Positions 35,413 through 36,200 of a stretch of DNA of 36,200 nucleotides are shown here, in pieces. Under the pieces are notes generated by a model. The model was not told the origin of the DNA, did not search any database, and saw only the letters and a program-made list of their open reading frames with translations. The position numbers and the translations under genes are program-made. Where the stretch lies: NCBI GenBank assembly GCA_035699265.1, contig DASSAV010000079.1, positions 1 to 36,200 on the forward strand. Reading direction: 5' to 3'. This DNA is from Rhodothermales bacterium (GTDB lineage: Bacteria; Bacteroidota; Rhodothermia; Rhodothermales; DASSAV01). Every line of letters starts with the position of its first letter. The stretch's first letter is position 1.

Positions 35413-36200
35413 ATGAAAGTGCTAGTTACGGGCGGTGCAGGCTTCATCGGTTCCCACGTCGCGGATGCGCTGGTCGCCGAAGGCCACACCGTTCACGTTC
35501 TGGACGACCTCTCCTCCGGGCGTCAGGAAAACGTACCTGCCGGTGCGGCATTCATACGGATGGACATCCGCAGTGAGGACGTGCCGTCACTTTTCGAACG
35601 CGAACGGTACGGTGTACTGGTCCACCACGCGGCACAGATGGATGTTCGCAAATCTGTAGCCGACCCGAAGTTCGATGCTGATGTCAACGTGCTCGGCTTC
35701 CTCAACTTGATGGAAGCGGGCCGCCGGAACGGGCTCGAGAAGGTTGTCTTTGCCTCCACAGGCGGTGCCATCTACGGCGAACCCGATTACGTTCCCCAGG
35801 ACGAGCGGCACACGCTTCAGCCGCTCTCGCCGTATGGTATTACCAAGCTGACGACCGAGAAGTACCTGTACTTCTACCAGCAGCAGTACGGCATTCGATA
35901 CGTCGCATTGCGCTATGCCAATGTCTACGGCCCTAGGCAAAACCCGCACGGCGAAGCGGGTGTCGTCGCCATTTTCACCGAGCGCCTGCTGAGAGGGGAG
36001 AAGCCCGTCATCAACGGCAACGGGGAGCAGACGCGAGACTACGTGTTCGTCGGCGACGTCGTACGGGCCAACCTGGCCGCTCTTCGGCACGAGGGCTCCG
36101 GCATCTTCAACGTGGGCACAGGCAAAGAGACGAGCGTGAATGAACTGTTCCGCAGCATCCGCGATCTGGTGGACCCGAGCGTCGAGGAAGAGCACGGCCC
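35413..36200 (+). CDS. NAD-dependent epimerase/dehydratase (UDP-glucose 4-epimerase-like SDR), 3'-truncated by the window edge
   Basis: Not in the ORF track because there is no stop within the window. Manual translation from the ATG at 35413 gives MKVLVTGGAGFIGSHVADALVAEGHTVHVLDDLSSG ... FASTGGAIYGEP ... SPYGITKLTTEKY (YxxxK) ... RYANVYGPRQ. The frame stays open to 36200. Confidence 0.88.
   Translation, partial: MKVLVTGGAGFIGSHVADALVAEGHTVHVLDDLSSGRQENVPAGAAFIRMDIRSEDVPSLFERERYGVLVHHAAQMDVRKSVADPKFDADVNVLGFLNLMEAGRRNGLEKVVFASTGGAIYGEPDYVPQDERHTLQPLSPYGITKLTTEKYLYFYQQQYGIRYVALRYANVYGPRQNPHGEAGVVAIFTERLLRGEKPVINGNGEQTRDYVFVGDVVRANLAALRHEGSGIFNVGTGKETSVNELFRSIRDLVDPSVEEEHG

Noticed and set aside
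35587-36195. 202-aa minus-strand ORF at the right edge
   Set aside because: It is antisense to the manually translated SDR epimerase (GGAGFIG, YxxxK), which explains the region far better.
1-36200. Search for CRISPR repeats, IS/transposase or integrase genes, toxin-antitoxin pairs, defence-system hallmarks, rRNA and tRNA
   Set aside because: None was found by eye. Every ORF over about 100 aa that is not a shadow ORF belongs to a recognisable housekeeping or envelope family, so I do not claim a novel system in this window.

Overview
This window looks like ordinary core chromosome from a high-GC bacterium. The three SurA/parvulin genes next to moxR, the many lipobox lipoproteins and the acidic proteins suggest the FCB group, perhaps Rhodothermales-like; that placement is inference only. 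Nearly every base is accounted for by recognisable housekeeping genes. On the minus strand these are fxsA, a CAP-domain lipoprotein, moxR and three SurA/parvulin chaperone genes. Further along are gltX, a SpoU methyltransferase, cmk and an unusually long rpsA. Next come a metallophosphoesterase, an aldehyde dehydrogenase, a class I aminotransferase and a clan GH-A glycoside hydrolase with a small membrane protein. prfB follows, with its programmed +1 frameshift, which the ORF track misses, and then nadB. The window ends with the complete rimP-nusA-infB-rbfA-truB-ribF-rpsO-pnp supercluster, an M16 peptidase and a 3'-truncated SDR epimerase that is absent from the ORF track. I found no tRNA, rRNA, CRISPR array, transposase, integrase or recognisable defence module, and no convincing evidence for a novel multi-gene system. 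The points most worth a second look are regulatory. Two PurR/LacI-type palindromes lie in the 448-nt gap upstream of the glycoside hydrolase. A promoter plus tandem terminator-like hairpins lie in front of rimP-nusA. S1, IF2 and PNPase carry long low-complexity extensions. moxR is coupled to the CAP lipoprotein gene by an ATGA overlap. Many ORF-track entries are antisense shadow ORFs or 5'-over-extended frames, and starts were trimmed accordingly.
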